Source of the DNA: Candidatus Tenebribacter burtonii
GTDB lineage: Bacteria; Cloacimonadota; Cloacimonadia; Cloacimonadales; TCS61
Length of the DNA: 64,000 nt
Assembly (NCBI GenBank): GCA_030765625.1
Contig: JAVCCF010000037.1
Coordinates: 1,716-65,715, forward strand
Direction of reading: 5' to 3'
In this document: in pieces, positions 36,673 to 47,006 of the stretch
Position numbering within the stretch: position 1 is the first letter of the stretch
Layout: each line of letters begins with the position of its first letter
Notes under the pieces: generated by a model
Seen by the model: only the letters and a program-made list of their open reading frames with translations
Database searches by the model: none
Told to the model about the DNA's origin: nothing
Position numbers and translations under genes: made by a program

Positions 36673-39195
36673 ATGAAAGTTACCTCAAGACTCCTGAAAA
36701 ATAAATTTAAAATTATCACAGCCAGAGATAATTCAAATCCTCTGGTATGTCTTCAACTTTACATTCGAATTGGCTCAGCATGGGAAGATAGATTAGAAAC
36801 AGGATTTTCTCACCTTACAGAACATCTTGTATTTAAATCTACAAAATCATTTGCTGAAAATGCAATAATGAATAAGGTTACAAATCTTGGTGGATCTTTG
36901 AATGCATATACAGAGTTCGATTCTACCTGTTTTTATATCTCACTTCCTTCTAAATTTATAGAAGAGGGAATTGAAATACTATCTGAACTTGCAATTAATG
37001 CAAATTTTTCTGATGTAGATTTCGTTTCAGAAAAAAAAGTGGTTATTGAAGAACTGAAACAATTTAAGAACGAACCTGAAGATTCTTTTATAGAAGATAT
37101 TGCGGCTGACTACTTTACAAAGAATCCGTACAAAAAACCAATAATTGGAAATTTGCACTCTTTAAAAAAAGCAGATCCCGGTTCACTTCGCAATTTTTAT
37201 AAAAAATATTATGTTCCCAATAACTGTTTCTTAGTGGCATCGGGTGACATTAATGGAAATGAATTTGATAACGTGATTGAAAAGTACTTTGGGAAGTGGA
37301 ACCCTTCAAATTTGAAAGATCGAGTCAGGGTGAGCAATCACTTTCCAATAAAGCATAAGATCAAATATATACCAAAAGATATATTGAGCAATATTCTTGC
37401 TTTTGTTATTCCTGATCTTGCAGAGACCGATCCTGATTCTTATGCGCTTTCATTAGCTACCAAAGCATTTGCAATTGGTAAGAATTCAAGATTGTATAAA
37501 AGACTATTTACACAGGAAAAACTTATTGATAATGTGCACGTACATTCTCTAAGCGGTATAAATGATGGTGCCTCTGTAATAGTAATCATGCCTAAACAAA
37601 AAGCTGATTTAACGAAGATAAGTAAAATATTTTTGGAAGAACTTAAACAGTTTTTTCTGCATGGATTGAGCGATATAGAATTAGAAGATAATAAAAAGGA
37701 ATTAATCTATTTTTATCGCTATACATTTGAATATATGGAATCACTTGCGTCCGGTTTGGGAAGCGAAGAGATTCTTTCTACTTATAAAAAATTCTTTGAA
37801 TATCCAGAAATGATAAGAAATATTACAAGTAATGATATAAAAAAAATAATAAGAAAATATTTTAGTAAAGAATACCTTTATATTTATTGCACTGGTAAAG
37901 ATAAAGTAAATGAGAACATACTTGGTAAATTACTTAAAGAAAAATATCAATCTAATAAAATTATAGAAAGAACATTTTTTGAGACCCGTTTAGATAATGG
38001 AATTAAGATTCTATTGAAAAAGGTAACCGGAAAACCTACCGTTGGAATTTCACTCTCGTACGAAGTTTCCCAATTGAATGAGACTAAGAAAAATCTTGGA
38101 ATAAATTATCTTACATCTGCTTTGTTACTTTACGGTAACAATAAACGCAATTACCAGCAGTTTCTAAATCACTGTATCTCAAATGGCATTAACTTTGGTA
38201 TTAGTTCACAGAGTGAGACAACTAATATTAATGCAAAGTGTTTTAAGGAAATGCTTCCTGCCAGTTTGGAGTTACTTTCTGATGTTGTACTCCATCCTAC
38301 ATTTCCAATGGAACATTTCAACAATATTAAAGCAACCATAAAAAGTAATTTAGATAGAATAAAAGACTATCCACAACATAGCTCTTCACTTTTATTTAAG
38401 GAGCTGATCTTCGGAAAAAAGAGTAATCTTAATAGTCGCTCAGGTTCAAAAACATCAATTCAAAATATAACTTTGAAGCAGGTAAAAGAATGGTATGGAA
38501 TGCATTACCAGCCGGAAAATATGTCACTTGCTATTGTTGGCGATTTCAATTTTGATGAAGCGTTAAGAATATGTGAAACTAACTTTGTCTTTAAGAAAAA
38601 TAATTATTCCAGATCTATCCAAAAAGCAATAATTAATTCTTCCAAAACAAAATATAAATTAACTAAAAAAGGGAAGGATCAGGCAATTATCAATATTGGT
38701 GGATTTGCCTGCAATGCACATGATAAGATTAAGAACACAGCATTTCATATTCTCTCGCAGATCATTGGCGGTGAAAATGATTCGATCCTTTTTACAGAAC
38801 TCCGTGAGAAACGAGGACTTGCCTATAGTGTTGAATTCGGTTTTAGTTCAGTGAGAACTACTGGATTTTGGGTAGCTTCAGCGGTAGTTGATAAAGCAGA
38901 TAAAGACGAAGCAGTCAAAGTTATACGAGATGTTTTAAAAGATATAACAACTAACGGTATAACACCAAAAGAGCTTAAAACTACAAAAAATTTCATCAGA
39001 GGTCAGAGAGTTATGGAACAAGAGAGTGTGCTGAATCTGGCGCAAACACTTTCTGTTTTGGAATCCTTAGGTTTGGGATATTCTTACTATTTGAAAAGAG
39101 ATGAACGTTTGGATAAGGTAAATGTGAAAATGATTCATGATCTTGCATCTGAATATTTCAAAGAAGAAGATCAATTCATTCACATCATGATTTGA
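36673..39195 (+). CDS. M16-family (pitrilysin/insulinase-like) zinc peptidase, two fused M16 units
   Basis: Inverted zincin motif HLTEH (HxxEH) in the N-terminal unit. Second, inactive-type unit follows. 840 aa. Confidence 0.85.
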   Translation: MKVTSRLLKNKFKIITARDNSNPLVCLQLYIRIGSAWEDRLETGFSHLTEHLVFKSTKSFAENAIMNKVTNLGGSLNAYTEFDSTCFYISLPSKFIEEGIEILSELAINANFSDVDFVSEKKVVIEELKQFKNEPEDSFIEDIAADYFTKNPYKKPIIGNLHSLKKADPGSLRNFYKKYYVPNNCFLVASGDINGNEFDNVIEKYFGKWNPSNLKDRVRVSNHFPIKHKIKYIPKDILSNILAFVIPDLAETDPDSYALSLATKAFAIGKNSRLYKRLFTQEKLIDNVHVHSLSGINDGASVIVIMPKQKADLTKISKIFLEELKQFFLHGLSDIELEDNKKELIYFYRYTFEYMESLASGLGSEEILSTYKKFFEYPEMIRNITSNDIKKIIRKYFSKEYLYIYCTGKDKVNENILGKLLKEKYQSNKIIERTFFETRLDNGIKILLKKVTGKPTVGISLSYEVSQLNETKKNLGINYLTSALLLYGNNKRNYQQFLNHCISNGINFGISSQSETTNINAKCFKEMLPASLELLSDVVLHPTFPMEHFNNIKATIKSNLDRIKDYPQHSSSLLFKELIFGKKSNLNSRSGSKTSIQNITLKQVKEWYGMHYQPENMSLAIVGDFNFDEALRICETNFVFKKNNYSRSIQKAIINSSKTKYKLTKKGKDQAIINIGGFACNAHDKIKNTAFHILSQIIGGENDSILFTELREKRGLAYSVEFGFSSVRTTGFWVASAVVDKADKDEAVKVIRDVLKDITTNGITPKELKTTKNFIRGQRVMEQESVLNLAQTLSVLESLGLGYSYYLKRDERLDKVNVKMIHDLASEYFKEEDQFIHIMI

Positions 39196-39361
39196 TGAAT
39201 AAGTAAATTTAATGTTAAGTAAAAGTTTGAATCTACACATTTGATTTTCTATTCCATTTAACTCCCATTTGGAAGGTAAGATCAAGAGGGATTATCTAAA
39301 TGGAAATCAAATATGACAGAAGATTGTTTATAGAATAATAATTCAATAGAAAGGAAACAAA

Positions 39362-40138
39362 ATGAAAACGATTGGAATCGATCTTGGCTCGAGAATGTCG
39401 AAGATCGTTGTATTGGATGATAATAAAATAGTTTATTCAAATGTAACAGATACCGGAGTAAATCCCAAAAAAGTGGCTGAAACTCTATTGAATGATGCAC
39501 TGGGAAAAACTTCTCTTTCCAGATCTGACATCACAAATATATACTCTACGGGTTATGGCAGGAATATTGTTCCGTTTTCCGATAAACGTATTTCTGAGAT
39601 CAGCTGTCATGCCAGAGGCGTCAATTACTTTTTCCCTGATGCCAGGACGGTAATTGATATCGGAGGACAGGATTCCAAAATTATCCTAATCGATGAAAAA
39701 GGACATGTAAAAGATTTTGTGATGAATGATAAGTGTGCTGCTGGAACAGGTAAATTTTTAGAAGTAACAGCAACAACCCTTGAAACAACCATTGATGAAT
39801 TAGGTAAAATATCACAATTATCGACTAAAAAATTAGATATAAATAGCACCTGTGTAGTTTTTGCTGAATCTGAAATAATAGGTCTTATTGCTGAAGGCTA
39901 TGAAAAGCCAAATATTATCAATGCTATTCACCGATCTATTGCAAAAAGAACTAAAAATCTTACTTCTCAACTTCATTGGCAAAAACCGATTGTCTTTACG
40001 GGTGGTGTAGCAAAAAATACTGGAATGCAGATAGCAATTTCTGAGGTTGTTGAAGCAGTAGTGATTGTACCCGAGAATTCGTTTATTACTGGTGCATTGG
40101 GAGCTGCAATATTTGCAAAAGAGAATATTGCAAAATAA
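39362..40138 (+). CDS. BcrAD/BadFG/HgdC-type ATPase (2-hydroxyacyl-CoA dehydratase activase-like)
   Basis: Acetate/sugar-kinase fold. GIDLGSRMSKIVV, DIGGQDSK, cluster-ligand context DKCAAGTGKFLE and STCVVFAESE, GGVAKN. Confidence 0.85.
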   Translation: MKTIGIDLGSRMSKIVVLDDNKIVYSNVTDTGVNPKKVAETLLNDALGKTSLSRSDITNIYSTGYGRNIVPFSDKRISEISCHARGVNYFFPDARTVIDIGGQDSKIILIDEKGHVKDFVMNDKCAAGTGKFLEVTATTLETTIDELGKISQLSTKKLDINSTCVVFAESEIIGLIAEGYEKPNIINAIHRSIAKRTKNLTSQLHWQKPIVFTGGVAKNTGMQIAISEVVEAVVIVPENSFITGALGAAIFAKENIAK

Positions 40139-40209
40139 ATTACATCTTGACACTTAGATCATTTATAAATTCGTTAATTGCATTTATTAAAGGAGTTTAA
40201 TAAACTAAA

Positions 40210-41187
40210 ATGAAAGCAATTACTTTAATATTAATTATCATTTTCCTCTGCATTAATTTATATGCGCAGAGTGAAAATGGATCTAATATTAATGATTTAA
40301 AATATAATATAAACCTGATAAAATTTTATATAGATAAAATAGAATATGACAATGCGCTTGAGTATATTGATAAAACACTTGAAGAGGCAATAGAAAAGGA
40401 TTCTCTTTATTATTTTAAAGCTTACATTTATAAAGAAAAGGAAGACTGGTTGCAGGCATCAGAATTCCTTGCCAAAGCAATATTATATTCTACTGAAGAA
40501 CAGATAATTAATGAACGTTTAGTAGAATTTAAATTAGCAATTATCCATGTTTCTCCTTTATCATCATTTGATATTGTATCTGCTGCTGTCGCCAGTGCAC
40601 AAAATACTCAAAAACATACTGGTTTTCTTAATATACTTGCACGATTGTATGAAAACAATCAACTTTATGGCGAAGCAAATGATGTTTATAGAACCATTCT
40701 TCTGGAAATTGATGGATCTGAAAGCTGCAATTTACAAATGAAAATAGTCACAAATAACATATTCCAAAAGGAATATAAGGAAGCTTTGAATATTCTTAAA
40801 CCTCTTATTGTCCTTGATGATTCCTTATATATTGAAAAATTGCTTTTCTTAGATTATATTGCTAATATTTCACTTGAATATTATGAAGAAGCAAAGACAC
40901 CGCTTATCAGACTTTATTTAGATTTCCCCGAAAACATAAACCGTAAGGAGATCCTTGCAGGATTAGCAGATATCTATGAACATCAAGAACAGTACCTTAT
41001 GGGTTGGTTTATTTTAAATGAGCTATTTATTATTAGTGATGAAGTAGGAAGATTCCAAATACAAAAAGATATTGAACGTATTAAACAGATAATCTGTGAA
41101 AGTAATAATATTGAAGATCAATTTAGATATTTCAAACCTATCTTTGAATTGAAAGAAAAGAATGAAATACCTGATAAAATTGAATAA
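40210..41187 (+). CDS. secreted helical-repeat (TPR-like) hypothetical protein
   Basis: Signal peptide MKAITLILIIIFLCINLYAQS. Helical repeat character. No catalytic motif seen. Confidence 0.45.
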   Translation: MKAITLILIIIFLCINLYAQSENGSNINDLKYNINLIKFYIDKIEYDNALEYIDKTLEEAIEKDSLYYFKAYIYKEKEDWLQASEFLAKAILYSTEEQIINERLVEFKLAIIHVSPLSSFDIVSAAVASAQNTQKHTGFLNILARLYENNQLYGEANDVYRTILLEIDGSESCNLQMKIVTNNIFQKEYKEALNILKPLIVLDDSLYIEKLLFLDYIANISLEYYEEAKTPLIRLYLDFPENINRKEILAGLADIYEHQEQYLMGWFILNELFIISDEVGRFQIQKDIERIKQIICESNNIEDQFRYFKPIFELKEKNEIPDKIE

Positions 41188-41287
41188 AAATATAGAAAGC
41201 ATTTAATATATTGACTCGCAAATGTTATATTAATTTTTTGTAATAAAAATTATGAAATAGTAATGAATAATTAATAGAGGAGCTAAA

Positions 41288-44200
41288 ATGAAAAAATTTA
41301 AAAAAGTTACTTTAGACGGGAATTTTGCTGCTGCGCATGTTGCTTATGCTTTCAGTGATCTTGCTGCAATTTACCCGATCACTCCGTCATCTACAATGGG
41401 TGAATATGCAGATGCCTGGGCATCGAATGATCGTAAGAACATTTTTGGTCAAACTGTTGATGTAATTGAAATGCAGTCGGAAGCTGGTGCAGCAGGAGCT
41501 GTGCATGGTGCACTTTCAGCTGGTGCATTCACAACCACATTTACTGCTTCTCAAGGTCTGATGCTTATGCTCCCGAACATGCATAAAATTGCCGGTGAAA
41601 TGTTACCTACAGTTTTCCACGTTACAGCACGAACACTTGCCACTCATTCTCTTTCTATATTTGGAGATCACTCAGATGTGATGTCAGCAAGAAACACAGG
41701 TTTTGCATTAATGGCTACCAGTTCAATTCAAGAGATCATGGATCTGGGAATTGTTTCACATCTTTCTACTTTGAAAGCCAGCATTCCATTCTTGAATTTC
41801 TTTGATGGATTCAGAAATTCTCACGAGATCCAAAAGATCGAAGTTATAGATTATGACACAATGTGCGAAATGGTAGATATGAAATATGTTGAAAAATTCA
41901 GGAGTAGATCCATGAATCCTGAAAGACCAATGGTAAAAGTTGGTGCTCAAAATCCCGATGTATTTTTCCAGTGTCGCGAAACTTCTAATAAATATTATGA
42001 TGTAGCTCCTGAGATAGTACAGAAATACATGGATAAATTAGCAAAAGTGATTGGAAGACAGTATCATCTATTTGATTATGTCGGTGCTCCAGATGCAGAA
42101 AAGATAATTATTGCCATGGGTAGCGGCGTAGAAACAATCGAAGAAACAATTAATTATCTTAATGCCAAAGGTGAAAAACTCGGGCTTATTAAAGTTCGTC
42201 TTTACCGTCCTTTCTCTGTTAAAGCTTTTATTGATGCCATACCTGCTACTGTTAAGAAAATAGCAGTTTTGGATAGAACAAAAGAACCTGGTGCAATTGG
42301 TGATCCATTATATTTGGATACTGTTGCAGCACTTAAAGATAAAAAGGATATCACAATTCTTGGTGGACGTTACGGTCTCTCTTCAAAAGAGTTTACACCT
42401 TCAATGGTTAAAGCAGTGTATGATCATCTGGATGGTGAAGCTTTTCATGGATTCACTGTTGGTATAAATGATGATGTAACTAATAAATCACTTAAAATTG
42501 GTGCTCAACTTAACACTATACCCGAAGGTGGAATTAGTTGTAAATTTTGGGGATTGGGATCTGATGGAACAGTTGGTGCAAATAAAAACTCAATCAAGAT
42601 AATTGGTGATAATACCGATATGTATGCTCAAGGTTATTTCCAATACGATTCAAAAAAATCTGGTGGAATTACACGATCACACCTTCGTTTTGGAAAAAGT
42701 CCTATCCAGTCTGAATATCTTGTAGAAAGTGCAGATTTTATTGGATGTCATAATCCTGCTTTTATCGGACGCTACGATATTCTTGAGGGTATTAACGATA
42801 ATGGTGTATTCCTTTTAAATTCACAATGGAAAACTAAAGAAGTCTTTGAAAATTTAACAGAGGATATGCAAAAAACAATAATTGAAAAAAATATAAAACT
42901 TTATAATATAAATGCTTTAAAAATAGCTAACGATGTTGGGCTTGGTGGTAGAATTAATACAGTTATGCAAACCGCCTTCTTCCTTATTTCCGGTGTGTTA
43001 GATAGAGAAGAAGCTATCAAGATGATCAAAAAGGCTATTGAAAAAACATTCATTAAAAAAGGAAAGAATGTAGTTGAAATGAACTGGGCAGCAGTTGATA
43101 AAACAAATGAGGCATTAGTAGAAATTTTCGTTCCCGATGCAATTCCAACAAATCATACAAAAATGAAAAAACTTGTACCAGATGATGCAGATGAATTTAC
43201 AAAGAATATTATTGAAAAGATAATGAGAGAAAAGGGAGACAGTATTCCTGTTTCTCATATGCCGTTAGATGGCTTTGTTCCATCCGGTACCACAAAACTT
43301 GAAAAGCGCGGGGTATCACCTTTCGTCCCACATTGGGATGCAGATAAGTGTATTCAGTGTAATCAGTGTTCCATTGTCTGTCCTCATGCAGCTATCCGTC
43401 CTAAACTTATTAAAAATGAAGATATGAAAGGAGCACCTGAAAGTTTTAATACTCTTACCGCAATGGGTAAAGATAAAGAAGAATATCAGTTCAAGATCCA
43501 GGTTTATATCGAGGATTGTCAGGGATGTGTTGTATGTGTGAATGAATGTCCAAAACAAGCTCTTGAAATGAAACCGATTGAAGAAGAACGTGCTCTTGGT
43601 GAAAAAGAAAACGTGGATTTTTTTGAATCACTTCCAAATGATGTTATGGGCTCAAATTTAGAGACAACAGTAAAAGGAAGTCAATTCAAACAGCCTCTTT
43701 TGGAATTCTCCGGTGCTTGTGCTGGTTGTGGTGAAACTCCATATGTTAAACTTATTACACAGCTTGTTGGGAATAGAATGATCGTGGCAAATGCTACAGG
43801 CTGCACATCCATTTGGGGTGGAACTTTCCCGACTATTCCTTATTGCAAAAACAAAGACGGACATGGTCCAACCTGGGCGAATAGTCTTTTTGAAGATAAT
43901 GCCGAATACGGTTTTGGAATGAGATTGGCGGTAGATTCCAATAGAAAACAACTTAAATTTAATGTAGAGAAACTCCTCACAAACGGGACGGATAGTAAAC
44001 TTGAAACTGTATTGAGAAAAGCTCTTGAATTATGGAACGAAACAGATAATGCAGCTGTACAAAATTCAATTCAAATTCAGAATATCCTTCCGGAAATATT
44101 GAAAAAAGCTTCAGGAGAAAATGAAGGAATCATCAGAAAAATTGTTGAACTTAAAAATTACTTTGTAGATAAATCTGTTTGGTCTTTCGGTGGTGATGGC

Positions 44201-44812
44201 TGGGCTTATGATATTGGTTATGGTGGTGTAGATCATGTAATGGCTTCCGGCAGAAATGTAAATATCCTGGTCGTTGATACTGAAGTTTATTCCAACACCG
44301 GTGGTCAAGCTTCTAAAGCCACTCCACTTGGTGCAGTAGCAAAATTTGCTGAATCAGGTAAGGAGACAGTTAAAAAAGATCTCGGTCTTATGCTGATGAG
44401 TTATGGATATGTTTATGTTGCTTCGATAGCATTGGGTGCGAATAAGAATCAAGCACTCAAAGCAATTCGCGAAGCTGAGGCTTATGATGGACCATCAATA
44501 ATATTGGCTTATGCTCCTTGTATCAATCACGGATTCCCAATGTCTCAAACTATGATGGAAGAGAAGAAAGCGGTTGATACAGGTTACTGGCTTCTTTATA
44601 GATTCAATCCTAATTTGAAAAAAGAAGGAAAGAATCCATTTGTATTGGATTCCAGGGAACCAAAATTACCGGTTAAAGAATTTCTGGAAGGTGAAAGACG
44701 TTATACCTCGCTGGAAAGAACATTCCCTGATAAAGTAGAAGGTTTCAGGGTTGGATTTGATAAATATGTAAAAGAGCGTTACGAAAAATATGTAAAGATG
44801 GCAGTAGAATAA
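41288..44812 (+). CDS. nifJ: pyruvate:ferredoxin (flavodoxin) oxidoreductase, single-polypeptide form
   Basis: 1174 aa. Ferredoxin-like CIQCNQCSIVCPHAAI and CQGCVVCVNECP. TPP-binding GGDGWAYDIGYGG. Confidence 0.95.
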   Translation: MKKFKKVTLDGNFAAAHVAYAFSDLAAIYPITPSSTMGEYADAWASNDRKNIFGQTVDVIEMQSEAGAAGAVHGALSAGAFTTTFTASQGLMLMLPNMHKIAGEMLPTVFHVTARTLATHSLSIFGDHSDVMSARNTGFALMATSSIQEIMDLGIVSHLSTLKASIPFLNFFDGFRNSHEIQKIEVIDYDTMCEMVDMKYVEKFRSRSMNPERPMVKVGAQNPDVFFQCRETSNKYYDVAPEIVQKYMDKLAKVIGRQYHLFDYVGAPDAEKIIIAMGSGVETIEETINYLNAKGEKLGLIKVRLYRPFSVKAFIDAIPATVKKIAVLDRTKEPGAIGDPLYLDTVAALKDKKDITILGGRYGLSSKEFTPSMVKAVYDHLDGEAFHGFTVGINDDVTNKSLKIGAQLNTIPEGGISCKFWGLGSDGTVGANKNSIKIIGDNTDMYAQGYFQYDSKKSGGITRSHLRFGKSPIQSEYLVESADFIGCHNPAFIGRYDILEGINDNGVFLLNSQWKTKEVFENLTEDMQKTIIEKNIKLYNINALKIANDVGLGGRINTVMQTAFFLISGVLDREEAIKMIKKAIEKTFIKKGKNVVEMNWAAVDKTNEALVEIFVPDAIPTNHTKMKKLVPDDADEFTKNIIEKIMREKGDSIPVSHMPLDGFVPSGTTKLEKRGVSPFVPHWDADKCIQCNQCSIVCPHAAIRPKLIKNEDMKGAPESFNTLTAMGKDKEEYQFKIQVYIEDCQGCVVCVNECPKQALEMKPIEEERALGEKENVDFFESLPNDVMGSNLETTVKGSQFKQPLLEFSGACAGCGETPYVKLITQLVGNRMIVANATGCTSIWGGTFPTIPYCKNKDGHGPTWANSLFEDNAEYGFGMRLAVDSNRKQLKFNVEKLLTNGTDSKLETVLRKALELWNETDNAAVQNSIQIQNILPEILKKASGENEGIIRKIVELKNYFVDKSVWSFGGDGWAYDIGYGGVDHVMASGRNVNILVVDTEVYSNTGGQASKATPLGAVAKFAESGKETVKKDLGLMLMSYGYVYVASIALGANKNQALKAIREAEAYDGPSIILAYAPCINHGFPMSQTMMEEKKAVDTGYWLLYRFNPNLKKEGKNPFVLDSREPKLPVKEFLEGERRYTSLERTFPDKVEGFRVGFDKYVKERYEKYVKMAVE

Positions 44813-44882
44813 CATTAAACCCTTGCTGTTCCCTTAACAGGGAAACGTAGAAAAGCAAGGAGATTTATAACAGCTGATAAAT

Positions 44883-44921
44883 AGAGCCTGCCGGAGATGA
44901 TCTGGTAGGCTCTGTTTTTTT
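44883..44921 (+). terminator. intrinsic terminator after nifJ
   Basis: 10-bp stem AGAGCCTGCC / GGTAGGCTCT (one G-T pair), then 7 T. Preceded by a nested hairpin at 44821-44860. Confidence 0.8.
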
Positions 44922-44931
44922 GGGAGAGAAG

Positions 44932-46491
44932 ATGAAAATCAAAATTTTACAAGTTATCAATGAACCATTTTATTATGATAGAGGAGATTTGAAAGAATTC
45001 ATCACCGATAGAAAATGCGAAGTTGAATTAAATGGAGTAAATATTGGTTTCTATGGTTATCCTCAAATTGATGAAATATATGATGCAATCAAAAAGAGTA
45101 AGCCTTTATATTATCCAAAATGTGTTATTGAGGATTTTTCGTTAAATGATTTTAAAGAGAAAAATAATATAAGTAAGTATGAATCAGTAAAATTCATTGA
45201 TTCCAATTTTACATGTAGTATATTTTATTTAAAAGAGAATAAAGAAATCGATTTTTATAATTCATTATTTGAGGGACATTTAAGTTTTCTTAATACAATA
45301 TTTTGCGATGGTGATGTTATATTCAGTGATTGTGAGTTTACTGACCCTAAAATGACTGATTTTTGTAGAGCACAATTTGGAAATGGGAATAAATATTTCT
45401 CAGCTGTGTACCACAGCGAGAAAGTTAATTTTATAGGAGTCAACTTTGGTAATGGAAATGTTCAATTTACTGAAGCAGAATTCAAATCTAAAAAGATCGA
45501 TTTTGCTCATTCTGAATTTGGAGATGGGAATTTATTATTTGAGGAAATACAATTTGAAGCCGATAGAATTCGATTTAATAATTGTAGTTTTGGGAAAGGA
45601 GAAATAAATTTTGTTGGGACTGATTTTGGAGATGCAGACATTTGTTTTAATAATTCAACTTTTAAATCAGAGAGTATTTATTTTTGCAGTACAAGGTTTG
45701 GTGTTGGTGGATTAGATTTTACTAATACAAAGTTACATTCAACTTTTATGGATTTTGAAAATGCTCAATTTGGTGATCTTGATATTAGATTTGATAATAT
45801 GCATTGTTATTCAATAAAATTTGATAATTGCTACTTATTTGGGGATATATTTTTTAATAAAACACAAATATCTGGAGTTTTATCATTGATAAATTTTCGG
45901 ACGGATGGTTCTATCTATTTCGATTTACTGAATAAGAAATTGAATGAATTAATTTATGGTCAAAACGTAACTTTTGCAAAAAAATCTCAGCAGTTCTTAT
46001 TACTAAAACAGAATTTTAACAAGCTTGGACATTATGATGATGAAGATTCTGCTTATGTAGAATTTAAAAGATGCCAAGCAAAAGCTCATTTGAAAGATAG
46101 TAAGAAGAAAAGTTTCATAAAGAAGATTAGTGGATTTCTGATTTATTGCGGTAACCGACTTATGTTTGATTTTGTAGGTGGTTACGGTACGAAACCCAGA
46201 AGTGTTTTCAGATTTATGGTAATGGTTATTTTAGGATTTGCTCCGCTTTATGCATTTATTCCAGATTTCCTAAAATGGGATGATATTTCAAAACAATTTT
46301 GTAGTATTGAGTTATTAAATAAATTACTTGTTGGATTATACCACAGCATGATTACTTTCTTAACAATTGGTTATGGAGATGTTGCACCTAAATCAGTGTA
46401 TGGTTCATTATTATCTGGCATTGAGGGATTCGTTGGATTATTCTTAATGGCTTATTTTACTATCGCATTTTCACGGAAAGTACTGAGATGA
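44932..46491 (+). CDS. pentapeptide-repeat domain fused to a 2-TM potassium-channel pore
   Basis: ATG 44932 follows GGGAGAGAAG. About 40 consecutive 5-residue repeats with Phe at the centre position (…AQFGN GNKYF … FGNGN VQFTE AEFKS KKIDF AHSEF GDGNL…). C-terminal TM1, pore helix, selectivity filter TIGYGD (46363-46380), TM2. Confidence 0.7.
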   Translation: MKIKILQVINEPFYYDRGDLKEFITDRKCEVELNGVNIGFYGYPQIDEIYDAIKKSKPLYYPKCVIEDFSLNDFKEKNNISKYESVKFIDSNFTCSIFYLKENKEIDFYNSLFEGHLSFLNTIFCDGDVIFSDCEFTDPKMTDFCRAQFGNGNKYFSAVYHSEKVNFIGVNFGNGNVQFTEAEFKSKKIDFAHSEFGDGNLLFEEIQFEADRIRFNNCSFGKGEINFVGTDFGDADICFNNSTFKSESIYFCSTRFGVGGLDFTNTKLHSTFMDFENAQFGDLDIRFDNMHCYSIKFDNCYLFGDIFFNKTQISGVLSLINFRTDGSIYFDLLNKKLNELIYGQNVTFAKKSQQFLLLKQNFNKLGHYDDEDSAYVEFKRCQAKAHLKDSKKKSFIKKISGFLIYCGNRLMFDFVGGYGTKPRSVFRFMVMVILGFAPLYAFIPDFLKWDDISKQFCSIELLNKLLVGLYHSMITFLTIGYGDVAPKSVYGSLLSGIEGFVGLFLMAYFTIAFSRKVLR

Positions 46492-47006
46492 ATACTGAGA
46501 AAAAGCAGAAAGAAATAATTTTTAATCCAATCGGAATCATACATTCACCTTTCAAAGACTGTGAAGGAATGCCGATCCAAACTATCGGAGCACAAGGAGT
46601 AAAGGCTCAAATAAAGATCTTTCCTGAATTCAAAGATGGTCTCAAAGATCTGGATGGATTTTCCCATATCATTTTAATTTATAATTTCCATTTATCAATA
46701 GATTATAATCTTTCAGTTAAACCGTTCATGGAAGATACGATAAGAGGTGTGTTTGCAACTCGTGCTCCGCGTCGTCCCAACCAAATTGGAATGTCTATCG
46801 TTAAACTGGAAAGTGTTAAAGATAATATTCTGCATATTTCTAATGTTGACATTGCGGATGGGACACCAATTTTAGACATTAAGCCATATATAAAAAGAAT
46901 TGCTTGTATTGAAAGTGAAAAGATTGGCTGGTTAGAAAAAAAAGCAGATAAATTCGATAATAAAATTTCGGATGATAGGTTTATAAAAAATAATGGGAAG
47001 AATTAA
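46488..47006 (+). CDS. trmO: tRNA (t6A37) methyltransferase TrmO/TsaA family
   Basis: IGIIHSPF..., GFSHIILIYNFH, RAPRRPNQIG, DGTPILDIKPY. Confidence 0.85.
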   Translation: MNTEKKQKEIIFNPIGIIHSPFKDCEGMPIQTIGAQGVKAQIKIFPEFKDGLKDLDGFSHIILIYNFHLSIDYNLSVKPFMEDTIRGVFATRAPRRPNQIGMSIVKLESVKDNILHISNVDIADGTPILDIKPYIKRIACIESEKIGWLEKKADKFDNKISDDRFIKNNGKN

